A DNA stretch of 60,592 nucleotides from Acidilobaceae archaeon (GTDB lineage Archaea; Thermoproteota; Thermoprotei_A; Sulfolobales; Acidilobaceae): positions 1 through 60,592 of the forward strand of contig JALSQL010000012.1 of NCBI GenBank assembly GCA_026985435.1, given 5' to 3'. A program made the translations under genes and the position numbers. Shown here in pieces: positions 36,636 to 46,874 of the stretch (position 1 is the first letter of the stretch; the number at the start of each line of letters is the position of its first letter). The notes beneath the pieces are model-generated. The model worked only from the letters and a program-made list of their open reading frames with translations, was not told the DNA's origin and did no database searches.

Positions 36636-39600
36636 TTGCACACGCGCGACACCCTAGTCAGGGCTGCATCGCTAGCCCTAGCCCTAACGATGATACTGGC
36701 ATACGCGGCCCCGCTAGCCGCGGCGTGGAGCGGGCACACGGGCAGCCACCCCTATAATAGCGTCTACGCTGCCAGCAACAAGGGCCCCTGGGTCTACAAG
36801 ATCGACCCCGCCATACTGAGCGAGCTCGAGAAGGCCAGGCCCACCGACTACGTCGAGGTCGTGATACGCCTGAAGCCGCTACCCCAGGACGTTGTCGAGC
36901 AGGTTAGGGGCCACTACCAGGCCGCCGTCAACGCCCTCAAGGGCTGGGCTAAGCTAACCCAGGAGCCGATAGTGCAGCTGATAGCCGCCCACAAGGGCGT
37001 GGTGCTCCACAGGTTCTGGCTCGACAACGTCATACTGGCCAGGGTGCCCGCCCAGTTCGTCTACGATCTCGCCAAGAACCCGATGGTTGTGAGGATCTTC
37101 CCCAACTTCAAGGTACACGTGCTGGACGCTCCCGGCAAGAAGCCCGTTGAGGTGAAGCCCGGCCAGCAGGTCGAGAGCTGGGGCATCTTCAAGATAAGGG
37201 CCCCCGACGCCTGGGCCATGGGCTACACGGGCGAGGGCATCAGGATAGCTGTGCTCGACACCGGAGTCGACATAAGCCACCCGGCCCTCGCCGGGAAGAT
37301 GCTCACTCTAGACCCCAACGACCCCCACTACCCCGGCGGCTGGATGGAGTGGGACGGCAACGGTAACCCGGTCTGTAGCACGCCCCACGACACCCACGGC
37401 CACGGCACCCACACCAGCGGAACCGCCCTAGGCGGCGACACAGAGAACATACTCATAGGCGTGGCGCCCGGAGCCACCCTCATGCACGGCCTCGTCCTAC
37501 CCGGCGGCAGCGGTACCTTCGCCCAGGTGCTGGCCGGGATGGAGTGGACCGTCGACCCCTACGATTGCGACGGCAACCCCACTGGGCTACCCGCCCACGT
37601 GGTCAGCATGAGCTGGGGTGCCAGCGGCTACTATGGGAACGACCTCCTACCAGCCATATACGACATGCTGGTCGCCGACATCATACCCGTGGCCGCCATA
37701 GGCAACGACGGCCCCGGAACCTCTAGCAACCCCGGGAACATCTGGGGCGTCTTCGGCATAGGCGCCACCGACCAGGACGACAACCCCGCCTGGTTCAGCA
37801 GCGGTGAGGTGGTGAACTGGCCCAGCCCGCCCAGCGACTGGCCCTTCTTCGGCCAGTACCCCAGCACGTACATCAAGCCAGACTTCAGCGCGCCCGGAGT
37901 CGGCATCACGAGCTCCGTGCCCGGAGGCGGCTACGAGGCCTGGAGCGGCACCAGCATGGCCACGCCGCACGTAAGTGGCACCGTCGCCCTGATACTCCAG
38001 GCCGCGGGCTGGACCGACTTCAACATACCCGACCTGCCCGAGAAGGTGTACGAGATCCTGAACGAGAGCGCGGTCGACCTGGGAGACCCCGGCCAGGACA
38101 TCCGCTACGGGTGGGGTAGGATAGACGCCGCCGCGGCCGTCCAGATAGCCCAGCAGTACGCCAAGAAGAGCGGCGTGCAGGGCTACGTGCTCGACGCCGT
38201 GGACCAGAGCCCCATACCCTGGGCGACCGTCACAGTCGAGGAGATAAACAAGACTGTCGGCGTGAACAACGACGGCTTCTTCAAGATACCCCTAGACCCC
38301 GGGAACTACACACTACTCTTCCAGGCCTGGGGCTACCAGAGCCAGGAGGTCCAGGTCACGGTTGTACTGCTCAACGGCACCATTGCTGGCTTCGTCTATG
38401 ACGCTGTGACCCAGCAGCCCATACAGGGCGCCGTAGTGACCGCCGTCGAGGCAAACGCCAGCGCCGTCACAGACGCTAACGGCTGGTTCCAGATAAGCGT
38501 AGAGCCAGGCACCTACACGGTTGTAGCCAACGCCACCGGCTACTACCCGGCTGAGCAGCAGGTGAGCGTTGACGAGAACGAGACTGTCGTGGTGAACTTC
38601 CAGCTGACACCCAACCAGCCCGGCTACATAGAGGGCTACGTCTTCGACGCCAACACCAGCCAGCCCATAGAGGGCGCCCTAGTAACAGCCGTGGGCCCCA
38701 TGGGGGCCTTCAACGCGACCACCAACGCCAGCGGCTACTACCAGGTCGAGGTGCCGCCCGGCAACTACACTATCTACGCCTGGAAGCAGGGCTACCAGGC
38801 TGGCGAGGCCCAGGCGCTCGTCGGCCCCGGGGAGCACGTCGTGGTCAACTTCACCCTAGAGCCCATACCGCCCGCGGTCGTGGTCATAGGTAACGCCTAC
38901 GCTGGCCATCACATACCCGACATACTGGAGCAGGCAGGGTTCAACGTCGTAGAGTACGATAGTGCCAGCCAGTTCCTCCAGGACTACAACAGCGGCCTCG
39001 TGAACCCCGCTGTGGTCGTGGTGGATCACTGGAGCAGCAGCGGCGGCGACCCAGGAGCTGACACCGTGATAAGCCTGCTATCGCTGGCGTTCGAGGGCGT
39101 CTCCATAGTGCTACTCGACACCTCATACGCTGGAACCACCGGCGGCAAGGGAGTCTACTATCATAACGACGAGGTCGAGTCCGCCCTGGGCATACCGGCC
39201 CCCGACGGTTATAGCTACGGCTACCCGAGCCCGGAGTATGTGAAGGTGAACCTGACCGAGGCCGGCCTCCAGCACCCGATCTTCCAGGGCGTGCCGCTAG
39301 ACGGCGACACCTGGTTCTACCTGGCCGACGTGGACAACTCCTACTATGCTGACTACCTGTACTACGCGTTCACCGACGACAACGCTAGCCAGATGGTCAT
39401 CCTAGCAGACCTCGTAGACGAGTCCTCCGGGAGCAGCGGGCCGAGCGCTGTGGTTGTGAACTCCACCCCCGCCCCGATAATCTACATGGGCAGCTGGGCC
39501 GAGAGCGACTACATGCAGTACCTGCAGCCGGGCGGCGATGGCATGTACAGCAACTCCACGCTGCAGAGCCTTGTGAACGCTGTAGCGTACGCCTACCAGA

Positions 39601-41678
39601 TGGCTGGCCTCAGCTATACCCCCGACTTCGCCGCCCACAAGGCCAGTCCCACTGGCGTGGAGCCCCTGCTCTACACTAACGTGACCGTGTACCTGGAGAG
39701 GCAGCCCTACGGCTACGTCGCCGGCCACGTCGTCGGGAGCGACGGCATGGACATTGCCGGCGCTAAGATCTACGTTGTCGGCACGCCGATAAGCGCTGTC
39801 ACAGACGAGCAGGGCAATTTCGAGTTCTGGCTGCCCGAGGGCACCTACACCCTAGTATTCGAGGCCCCCGGCTACATGCAGCTAGCGCTAAACGTGACCG
39901 TGGCGGCGAATGAGACCACCAACCTAGGAGACGTGGTGCTCCAGAGGATACCCAGGTTCGCCATACTCTACGACTACGCTGGCGAGATTAAGGCGTTCCT
40001 CGAGACCCTAGGCTACTACGCCGACGACTTCGATAGTGTGGAGGATATAGCTGCTGCGGTAGCCACGGGCTTCTACGACGCGGCCATATGGGCTGGCCAC
40101 TACGGCGTCCCCTTCCCGAGCCAGGACGAGTTCGAGATGTTCGTGAACGCCACTGAGCAGGCTGGCATCAGCGTGATATGGCTCGACAACTGGGGCCCCT
40201 ACGGCTACGGTATCAAGGTGCTATCAGCCTACACCGGCGACCCCGCCTGTGAGAGCGACAGCTGGGGAGCCTATCCCTACGCTCACATACTGGCGAAGCA
40301 CCTGATAACCAGGGACTTCAACGTTGGCGACATAGTCCAGCTGACCACTGACTCGGCGAGCGACTTCAGCTGGTTCTGCCAGTTCAGCGGCACAGTACTG
40401 GCCAACCTCTACATACAGGGCTACGGTGACGTCGGCAACCTGATAGGCTACAAGCTGCTGCCCGACGGCAGGAAGTACGTGCTGCTAGCCAGCATGGCCC
40501 CCGAGGAGTGGACCGACATGGCCTACTGGACAGATGCGGCGTTCAGCATACTGGCGAACGCCGCCCTCTTCGCCGTCCAGAAGCCCGTCAACCTGACCCT
40601 AGAGCCGAGTGCCGCCCACGTTGGCGACACGGTCGAGGTCTACCTGAGCGGCGCCCCGGCCAACACCACGTTCAACGTGACCTTCAACGGCCAGCTAATA
40701 GCGACTGTGACCACCGACGAGAACGGCACCGCCGAGGCCAGCTTCACCGTGCCGCTAATACCCGGCGGCACCTACTCGGTTGACGCGGTCAGCCTCGACT
40801 ACAGGTACTACGGCCACGCGGACCTAGAGCTTGTAGCCTACCTGAGCGTGACGCCTGCCAGTGTTGACAGCCAGCCTGCGATGCTGCACGTGGTCGGCAC
40901 CGGCTTCTACGCTAATGAGACTGTCAACCTCTACCTTGACGGCAACTGGCTGAGCATGATAGTGGCCAACTCCAGCGGCGCCTTCGAGGTAGACGTGAAC
41001 CTACCCATAGTGGCAGTTGGCGACCACTACATAAAGGCCGTCTCCCTAGAGGCGGGCTCGCCCGAGCTCAGGGGCGAGGCCGAGGTCTACGTTGCCAGCG
41101 AGCCCTTCAGCCAGGTGCTGGGCGCCATCAGCAGCATATCCGGCGGCCTCGTAGGCGTGAACGGCACCCTAGCGCAGATAGCGACCGACACCGGCATCAT
41201 AAAGGCCAAGCTAGACTCCCTCAACGCCAGCCTGGCCGGGCTCATCGAGACCAGGAGCGGCGAGATACTGGCAGTCCTAAACACCAGCTACGGCCAGATA
41301 GTCGCCTCCCTAGACGACCTGGCCAGCCTCGGAGACCAGATCGTAAACGGCCTCTACAACGTCAACGGCAGCCTGATCGCCGCGATAAACGATGGCAACA
41401 ACAGGATACTAGTCAACATATCAGCCCTCCTAGACGGTAAGGCCTCCAGCCTCCAGGACGCCATAGTAAACGCCATCAACAGCAAGGGAGACCAGATCAT
41501 AAACGCCATCAACAGCCTATCCCAGAGCCTACAGCAGAACCTCACAAGCCTAAGCGCTAAGGTCGGCAAGACCGAGAGCCAGGTGTCAACCGCCAGGAAC
41601 CTCGGCGCCGCCGGGACGGCGCTAGGCCTCATATCGCTGGCAGCCGCTGCGTTCGCCATAGCCCGCCGCGGAGCCTAA
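36636..41678 (+). CDS. Large membrane-anchored S8 (subtilisin-like) surface protease
   Basis: Signal peptide, prodomain, triad 'VLDTG'/'HGHGTH'/'GTSMATPHV', CarboxypepD_reg-like repeats, many N-x-S/T sequons, coiled-coil stalk, C-terminal TM followed by RRGA. Confidence 0.95.
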   Translation: MHTRDTLVRAASLALALTMILAYAAPLAAAWSGHTGSHPYNSVYAASNKGPWVYKIDPAILSELEKARPTDYVEVVIRLKPLPQDVVEQVRGHYQAAVNALKGWAKLTQEPIVQLIAAHKGVVLHRFWLDNVILARVPAQFVYDLAKNPMVVRIFPNFKVHVLDAPGKKPVEVKPGQQVESWGIFKIRAPDAWAMGYTGEGIRIAVLDTGVDISHPALAGKMLTLDPNDPHYPGGWMEWDGNGNPVCSTPHDTHGHGTHTSGTALGGDTENILIGVAPGATLMHGLVLPGGSGTFAQVLAGMEWTVDPYDCDGNPTGLPAHVVSMSWGASGYYGNDLLPAIYDMLVADIIPVAAIGNDGPGTSSNPGNIWGVFGIGATDQDDNPAWFSSGEVVNWPSPPSDWPFFGQYPSTYIKPDFSAPGVGITSSVPGGGYEAWSGTSMATPHVSGTVALILQAAGWTDFNIPDLPEKVYEILNESAVDLGDPGQDIRYGWGRIDAAAAVQIAQQYAKKSGVQGYVLDAVDQSPIPWATVTVEEINKTVGVNNDGFFKIPLDPGNYTLLFQAWGYQSQEVQVTVVLLNGTIAGFVYDAVTQQPIQGAVVTAVEANASAVTDANGWFQISVEPGTYTVVANATGYYPAEQQVSVDENETVVVNFQLTPNQPGYIEGYVFDANTSQPIEGALVTAVGPMGAFNATTNASGYYQVEVPPGNYTIYAWKQGYQAGEAQALVGPGEHVVVNFTLEPIPPAVVVIGNAYAGHHIPDILEQAGFNVVEYDSASQFLQDYNSGLVNPAVVVVDHWSSSGGDPGADTVISLLSLAFEGVSIVLLDTSYAGTTGGKGVYYHNDEVESALGIPAPDGYSYGYPSPEYVKVNLTEAGLQHPIFQGVPLDGDTWFYLADVDNSYYADYLYYAFTDDNASQMVILADLVDESSGSSGPSAVVVNSTPAPIIYMGSWAESDYMQYLQPGGDGMYSNSTLQSLVNAVAYAYQMAGLSYTPDFAAHKASPTGVEPLLYTNVTVYLERQPYGYVAGHVVGSDGMDIAGAKIYVVGTPISAVTDEQGNFEFWLPEGTYTLVFEAPGYMQLALNVTVAANETTNLGDVVLQRIPRFAILYDYAGEIKAFLETLGYYADDFDSVEDIAAAVATGFYDAAIWAGHYGVPFPSQDEFEMFVNATEQAGISVIWLDNWGPYGYGIKVLSAYTGDPACESDSWGAYPYAHILAKHLITRDFNVGDIVQLTTDSASDFSWFCQFSGTVLANLYIQGYGDVGNLIGYKLLPDGRKYVLLASMAPEEWTDMAYWTDAAFSILANAALFAVQKPVNLTLEPSAAHVGDTVEVYLSGAPANTTFNVTFNGQLIATVTTDENGTAEASFTVPLIPGGTYSVDAVSLDYRYYGHADLELVAYLSVTPASVDSQPAMLHVVGTGFYANETVNLYLDGNWLSMIVANSSGAFEVDVNLPIVAVGDHYIKAVSLEAGSPELRGEAEVYVASEPFSQVLGAISSISGGLVGVNGTLAQIATDTGIIKAKLDSLNASLAGLIETRSGEILAVLNTSYGQIVASLDDLASLGDQIVNGLYNVNGSLIAAINDGNNRILVNISALLDGKASSLQDAIVNAINSKGDQIINAINSLSQSLQQNLTSLSAKVGKTESQVSTARNLGAAGTALGLISLAAAAFAIARRGA

Positions 41679-41714
41679 GGCTCCCCGGATATCCCAATAC
41701 TCCCCTATTTCCAG

Positions 41715-41722
41715 TTCTTTTT
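41715..41722 (+). terminator. Oligo-T archaeal terminator
   Basis: TTCTTTTT within a pyrimidine tract about 40 nt after the protease stop. Confidence 0.55.
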
Positions 41723-41869
41723 CGGTAACCCCCCTCATACTATATCGTCAGCCCCCGGTTCTACTGGTTCCCCCGCGTCTAGCGATCTTTGAGTGCCTGC
41801 GCGGCATCCCAGGGGATGGGGGGGTTGGCATGCACGGTAGCTACACTAGCCCCCGAGCGGTCTAGAAGG

Positions 41870-41948
41870 TGGTGCGGCGGCCGGGATTTGAACCCGGGAC
41901 CTCCGGCTTGGCAGGCCGGCGTCCTAGTCCAGGCTAGACGACCGCCGC
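41870..41948 (-). tRNA. tRNA-Gly (GCC), intronless, CCA encoded
   Basis: Reverse complement GCGGCGG...CCGGC-CT-GCC-AA-GCCGG...GGTTCAAATCCC...CCGCCGC-ACCA folds as a cloverleaf; TATTAA on the minus strand at 41985-90. Confidence 0.97.
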
Positions 41949-42079
41949 TTCTCCTCCCGTTGGGGGTGGCTAGTAATCGGCCTCTTAATATGCGTTACGC
42001 CCTGGTCTGCGGGCCTCAAGCATTATATACGTCCTTAGGCGAACCCGGGCTCCGCGAGAGTCTAACCTGGGTGGTTGTG

Positions 42080-43432
42080 TTGCCCGGCGAGGAGGGTAAG
42101 GTTGACTGGTACGCCCTCAGCAAGGAGCTGCACCGCTTCTACGGCGGCAAGATAGAGACCATACCGAAGGTGCCAGTCAGGCGGGTCAAGGACTTCGCCA
42201 TATGGTACACTCCGGGCGTCGCCGAGCCAAGCAGGATTATAGCCAGGAACCCCGACGAGAGCTTCGAGCTGACCAGCCGCTGGAACACCATAGCGGTCGT
42301 CAGCGATGGCACCAGGGTGCTGGGCCTCGGCAGCATAGGGCCCGAGGGCGCCTACCCCGTGATGGAGGGTAAGGCCCTCATATTCAAGTTCCTAGGCGGC
42401 GTAGACGCGGTCCCGCTCGTGCACAGGGCTAGGGACCCCGAGAAGTTCCTCGAGCTACTAGAGAACGTGGAGCCAAGCTTCGGCGGGATAAACCTCGAGG
42501 ACATAGAGAGCCCCAAGTGCTTCTACCTACTCGAGGAGGCCAGGAAGAGGCTCGAGATACCGGTGTGGCACGACGACCAGCAGGGCACTGCCGCGGCGAC
42601 GCTGGCAGGCCTCATAAACGCGGTGAAGCTGGTGGGGAAGGACCTCCGCAAGGCTAGGATCGTCCTCATAGGCGCTGGCGCGGCGAACGTGGCCCTCTAC
42701 AGGCTACTCAAAGCCTACGGTGTCGACGTTGGCAACGTCGCGGTTCTAGATAGTAGGGGCGTGCTACACCCCGACAGGGAGGACATAGACAAGCTCATGG
42801 TGAGGAACCCGTGGAAGTACCAGATAGCCGTTGAGACCAAGGGGGCTGGCCTGCGGCCCGGCGCCGGCCCAGGCGAGGCCCTGGTGGGCGCCGATATAGT
42901 TGTGGCGGCGAGCAAGCCCGGCCCTGGCGTCATAAAGAAGGAGTGGGTGGCCAAGATGGCGAAGGGCGCTATAGTTTTCGCCGAGGCGAACCCTGTACCC
43001 GAGATCTGGCCCTGGGAGGCCAAGGAGGCTGGCGCCGCCATCGTTGCAACGGGTAGGAGCGACCTGCCCAACCAGGTCAACAACAGCCTCGTCTTCCCCG
43101 GGGTGTTCAGGGGCGTGCTAGACGTGAGGGCTAGGGGGATAACCGACGAGATGGCCATAGCCGCGGCCGAGGAGATAGCCAGGTACGCCGAGGAGAAGGG
43201 CCTGCGGGAGGACTACATAATACCCACCATGGAGGAGTGGGACCTCTACCCGAGGGTCGCAGCGGCCGTCGCAGCCAAGGCCGTGGAGCAGGGCCTGGCG
43301 AGGAGGACCACCACCTACCGCGAGGAACTCGAGAGGGCCAGGGAGATCATCGCCAGGGTTAGGGCCAAGTATGAGAAGCTCTGGGAGAGCGGCCTAATAC
43401 CTAAGCCTCCCGTAGACTACGAGCGGGGGTGA
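42080..43432 (+). CDS. NAD(P)-dependent malic enzyme
   Basis: 'YTPGVAE', '[10 protein letters not shown]', 'PVMEGK', 'INLEDI', 'HDDQQGT', 'NQVNN'; true start near 42071-42080 (the ORF track overruns the tRNA). Confidence 0.95.
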   Translation: MPGEEGKVDWYALSKELHRFYGGKIETIPKVPVRRVKDFAIWYTPGVAEPSRIIARNPDESFELTSRWNTIAVVSDGTRVLGLGSIGPEGAYPVMEGKALIFKFLGGVDAVPLVHRARDPEKFLELLENVEPSFGGINLEDIESPKCFYLLEEARKRLEIPVWHDDQQGTAAATLAGLINAVKLVGKDLRKARIVLIGAGAANVALYRLLKAYGVDVGNVAVLDSRGVLHPDREDIDKLMVRNPWKYQIAVETKGAGLRPGAGPGEALVGADIVVAASKPGPGVIKKEWVAKMAKGAIVFAEANPVPEIWPWEAKEAGAAIVATGRSDLPNQVNNSLVFPGVFRGVLDVRARGITDEMAIAAAEEIARYAEEKGLREDYIIPTMEEWDLYPRVAAAVAAKAVEQGLARRTTTYREELERAREIIARVRAKYEKLWESGLIPKPPVDYERG

Positions 43433-43438
43433 CGCGGC

Positions 43439-43912
43439 GTGTACGAGCCCAGCGTAGTCGTTAGGAAGGCGCTGCCAGACGACATCCCCAAGGCGGCTGA
43501 CCTCATATACAGGTTCTACCTGTTCAACGAGGAGTTCGACCCGGCCTGGGCCGCCGTGGAGGACCGCTCGAGGGCCGAGGAGCTGGCCCGCAATGCGGTG
43601 GAGAGCGAGAGGGAGATCCTCCTGGTGGCCGAGGAGAACGGCGAGGTCGTAGGGGTAGCGAGGGCGGTCCTCGAGGAGAACCCCATGCTGGAGGCGAGCC
43701 CCCTGGCAGTCCTGAAGGAGCTCTACGTAAAACCAGAGTATAGGAGGCGGGGGATAGCCTCCCTCCTAGTCGAGGAGGCCTTCAGGGCCCTCCAGGAGGC
43801 CGGAGCCAGGGCCCTGGCGGCCGAGTTCCCGGCCCAGAACAGGGTCGCCAAGTCCTTCTACGAGAAGCTAGGGTTTAGAGCGTTCCGAAGCGTCTACATA
43901 AGGGAGGCCTAG
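43439..43912 (+). CDS. GNAT acetyltransferase
   Basis: 'LYVKPEYRRRGIA', 'AKSFYEKLGF'. Confidence 0.9.
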   Translation: MYEPSVVVRKALPDDIPKAADLIYRFYLFNEEFDPAWAAVEDRSRAEELARNAVESEREILLVAEENGEVVGVARAVLEENPMLEASPLAVLKELYVKPEYRRRGIASLLVEEAFRALQEAGARALAAEFPAQNRVAKSFYEKLGFRAFRSVYIREA

Positions 43913-43925
43913 GGGGTGAACGCGC

Positions 43926-44405
43926 ATGGCTAGCCGAGTGGCCGTCCGGAGGGCTCAGGAGCGCGACGTCGAGAGCGTGGCGGGCCTCATAGCGAGGCTT
44001 AAGGCGCTGAACGGCGAGCTCGACCCCCACTTCCTACCCGCCGGGGACCTGGAGGCGAGGGCCAGGGAGTACGTTGCCAAGAGCCTTGGCAGCGACAACG
44101 CCTTCATACTGGTGGCCGAGGACGAGCAGGCCGGCAGGATAGTGGGCGTGATACGCGTCGAGCTGGTCGACAGGGTGTTCTACAAGCCCCGGATCAAGGC
44201 CGTCATAACCGACTTCTACGTCCACCCGGCCTACAGGGGGAAGAGGATAGGGAGGCTGCTCGTCGAGAAGGCTCAGGAGGAGGCCAAGGCGCGGGGCGCG
44301 GGACTGATAACGGCGGTCTACCCGGAGGGCAACATCATAGCGGACTCCTTCTACTCCAGGATGGGGTTCCGCCCCCTCCAGAAGGAGCTCTACAAGCCCC
44401 TCTAA
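43926..44405 (+). CDS. GNAT acetyltransferase (paralog of the upstream gene)
   Basis: 'FYVHPAYRGKRIG', 'ADSFYSRMGF'. Confidence 0.9.
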   Translation: MASRVAVRRAQERDVESVAGLIARLKALNGELDPHFLPAGDLEARAREYVAKSLGSDNAFILVAEDEQAGRIVGVIRVELVDRVFYKPRIKAVITDFYVHPAYRGKRIGRLLVEKAQEEAKARGAGLITAVYPEGNIIADSFYSRMGFRPLQKELYKPL

Positions 44406-44562
44406 ACAAGCCCTCAGGGCTCACAGGGGCCGCCCAACCCCTCCCCCTTTTGCACATGAAGACCGCGCAGCTAGGGTGCCACCCCGCCGCCGGGTACCCC
44501 GCGGAGAAGGCGTGGGGGGTGTATAGGGGGTGTATAGTAGGTAACAGGCGGGGGTCCGGCTC

Positions 44563-44958
44563 CTAGCCCTGGCCGCCGCCCTGGCTGGAGGGTGCGGGCG
44601 CCGCCTCGGCGGCCGCCCTGCCCACGGGCTCCACTATGATCCTCGACGCTATCCCCCTCCCTATCGCTACCTCAACCCCGCTAACCCGCACTACCACCGG
44701 CGTCCAGGGGTACGCGATGTCGTTCGACACCACCTCCAGCTCCACGCCAGGCGCTATGCCAAGCCCTGCAAGCCTCGAGGTGGCGCCCCACCCTGCAAGT
44801 ATCGACTTCACCACGACCCTGCTTCCGGGCGGGACGCTGGCTAGGGTGGTGCCAGCCTGCTGCGCTGGCCACACACCCGCCTGGGCCGGGGGCGCCCCCC
44901 AGCCCTGCCAGCCCCATCCTCGGCCTCTGCCACGCCACCACCTGCCCCACCAGGGCAC
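44563..44958 (-). CDS. FeoA-domain protein with W/G/R-rich N-terminal extension
   Basis: 'LASVPPG..VVVKSI.AG....RLAGLGIAPG..LEVV...PVVVRV.G.EVAIGRGIA..I.V'; start GTG 44958. Confidence 0.85.
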   Translation of the reverse strand: MPWWGRWWRGRGRGWGWQGWGAPPAQAGVWPAQQAGTTLASVPPGSRVVVKSILAGWGATSRLAGLGIAPGVELEVVSNDIAYPWTPVVVRVSGVEVAIGRGIASRIIVEPVGRAAAEAAPAPSSQGGGQG

Positions 44959-45127
44959 CCGAGCTCCCCGGGGCTGTGTTGTGGCGGGCGGAGGATTTAA
45001 CGGAGGGGTGGTACCGGCATGTACCCGGCCGCTTGTCCGGGCGCTTCTTGTATAGGCGGGCCGCGGCCTAGCGCCTATATTCCGTTTTCCGCGCGTTCCC
45101 TCGTGGAGTTCTGGGAGGTGCGCATCC

Positions 45128-46810
45128 TTGAGCCTACCTGAGAGAGTCCCACGGAGGCCCGGGTATGACGTTACCATACACTACATACTCAGGAGGGCGG
45201 TTACCCTCTTCCCCGACAGGGAGGTGGTGTATAGGACCGCTAGGGGGGTCGATCGCTACACCTACTCTAAGGCGGCCGAGAGGATGGCCATGCTCGCCTC
45301 CGCCCTCGAGAAGGAGGCTGGCGTCGGCAGGCTTGACAGGGTTGCGACGCTCGACTGGAACACCCACTGGCACTTCGAGGCCTACTTCGCCGTCCCCATG
45401 ATGGGGGCGGTCATACACCCGGTCAACGTGAGGCTGGCGCCCGCGGAGATAGCCTACGTTATGGGCCACGCCGAGGATAAGGTTGTGATAGTCCACAAGG
45501 ACTTCATACCACTCGTCGACGCCATCGCACCCAAGGTTAAGAGCCTCGAGAAGGTCATAGTAGTCGACTCGGACGAGGTCCCACAGAAGATAGGGGGCCT
45601 CCCCGCCTACCATTACGAGGACTTCATAAAGGAGCACGGTGACCCCAAGTACGAGTGGCCCCCCGTCAGCGAGGACCAGCCCGCTGGTATGGGCTATACG
45701 AGCGGCACGACCGGCCTGCCCAAGGGGACCTACCATAGCCACAAGGCCATAGTGCTGCACGCGATGAGCGCAGCCCTACACTTCGCCACGAGCGGCGTGT
45801 TCACCTTCACCGCCCGCGACACCGTGCTCCACATCGTCCCCATGTTCCACGTCTACAGCTGGGGCATACCATACATGGCCACGCTCATAGGGGCGAAGCA
45901 GGTCTACCCCAACAGGCTAATACCGAAGGTCCTCCTAGAGCTGATAGCGAGGGAGAAGGTAACCTTCACCGCCGCGGTGCCCACGGTCCTCTACATGCTC
46001 CTCACCGAGCCCGGCAGCGAGAACTACGACCTCTCCGGCCTGAAGTGGATCAACGGCGGCTCCGCCACCCCCAGGGCGCTAGCGGAGCTCGCCCGGAAGA
46101 GGGGTATACGCCTCATAGTCGGCTACGGCATGACCGAGACAGCCCCGGTCCTCACCCTGGCAACCCCGTGGCCCTGGCAGGTTGAGAGTATGAGCGACGA
46201 GGAGCTGATGGATGTGACGCTGCGCACAGGCTACCCCATACCCCTCGTCGACCTCCAGGTGGTAGGGCCCGACATGAAGCCGGTGCCCAAGGACGGGAAG
46301 ACTATGGGTGAGATAGTTGTTAGGTCGCCCTGGGTGACCCCGGAGTACTTCAAGAACCCGCAGAAGACCGAGGAGGCCTGGCGCGGCGGGTGGTTCCACA
46401 CCGGCGACATAGCCGTCTGGTTCCCCGACGGCAGCATACTCATCCAGGATAGGGACAAGGACGTCATAAAGAGTGGGGGTGAGTGGATAAGCAGCGTCAG
46501 GCTGGAGGACGCCATAAGCCAGCACCCCGGCGTAGCGATGGTGGCTGTGATAGCGGCCAAGCACCCCAAGTGGGGCGAGAGGCCCGTGGCCCTCATAGTA
46601 CCGAGGCCCGGCTGGGAGGACAGGCTCTCAACGGAGGAGATACGGAGGTTCCTCATGGAGAAGTTCGTGGAGACGGGCCAGATACCCAAGTGGTGGCTCC
46701 CTGACCGCGTGGTCCTGGTGGAGGACCTCCCCAAGACTAGCGTCGGCAAGATAAACAAGCGCCTCCTCCGCGAGAAATACGGGAACATACTCCTAGAGGA
46801 GGCCAGCTAG
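45128..46810 (+). CDS. Medium/long-chain fatty-acid--CoA ligase
   Basis: 'YTSGTTGLPKG', 'GYGMTET', 'WFHTGD', 'IKSGGEWISS', 'LPKTSVGK'. Confidence 0.95.
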   Translation: MSLPERVPRRPGYDVTIHYILRRAVTLFPDREVVYRTARGVDRYTYSKAAERMAMLASALEKEAGVGRLDRVATLDWNTHWHFEAYFAVPMMGAVIHPVNVRLAPAEIAYVMGHAEDKVVIVHKDFIPLVDAIAPKVKSLEKVIVVDSDEVPQKIGGLPAYHYEDFIKEHGDPKYEWPPVSEDQPAGMGYTSGTTGLPKGTYHSHKAIVLHAMSAALHFATSGVFTFTARDTVLHIVPMFHVYSWGIPYMATLIGAKQVYPNRLIPKVLLELIAREKVTFTAAVPTVLYMLLTEPGSENYDLSGLKWINGGSATPRALAELARKRGIRLIVGYGMTETAPVLTLATPWPWQVESMSDEELMDVTLRTGYPIPLVDLQVVGPDMKPVPKDGKTMGEIVVRSPWVTPEYFKNPQKTEEAWRGGWFHTGDIAVWFPDGSILIQDRDKDVIKSGGEWISSVRLEDAISQHPGVAMVAVIAAKHPKWGERPVALIVPRPGWEDRLSTEEIRRFLMEKFVETGQIPKWWLPDRVVLVEDLPKTSVGKINKRLLREKYGNILLEEAS

Positions 46811-46874
46811 CCGCCCCGGGGCCCCTCCCACTCTTTACCCCTGACCTCCCCCAGGGCATGGGGGCTCCAGTGTA

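Noticed and set aside
41789..42079. N-terminal extension of the malic enzyme ORF (547 aa in the track)
   Set aside because: It runs antisense through tRNA-Gly and its promoter; TTATATA at 42023-29 and the family motifs put the start near 42071-42080.
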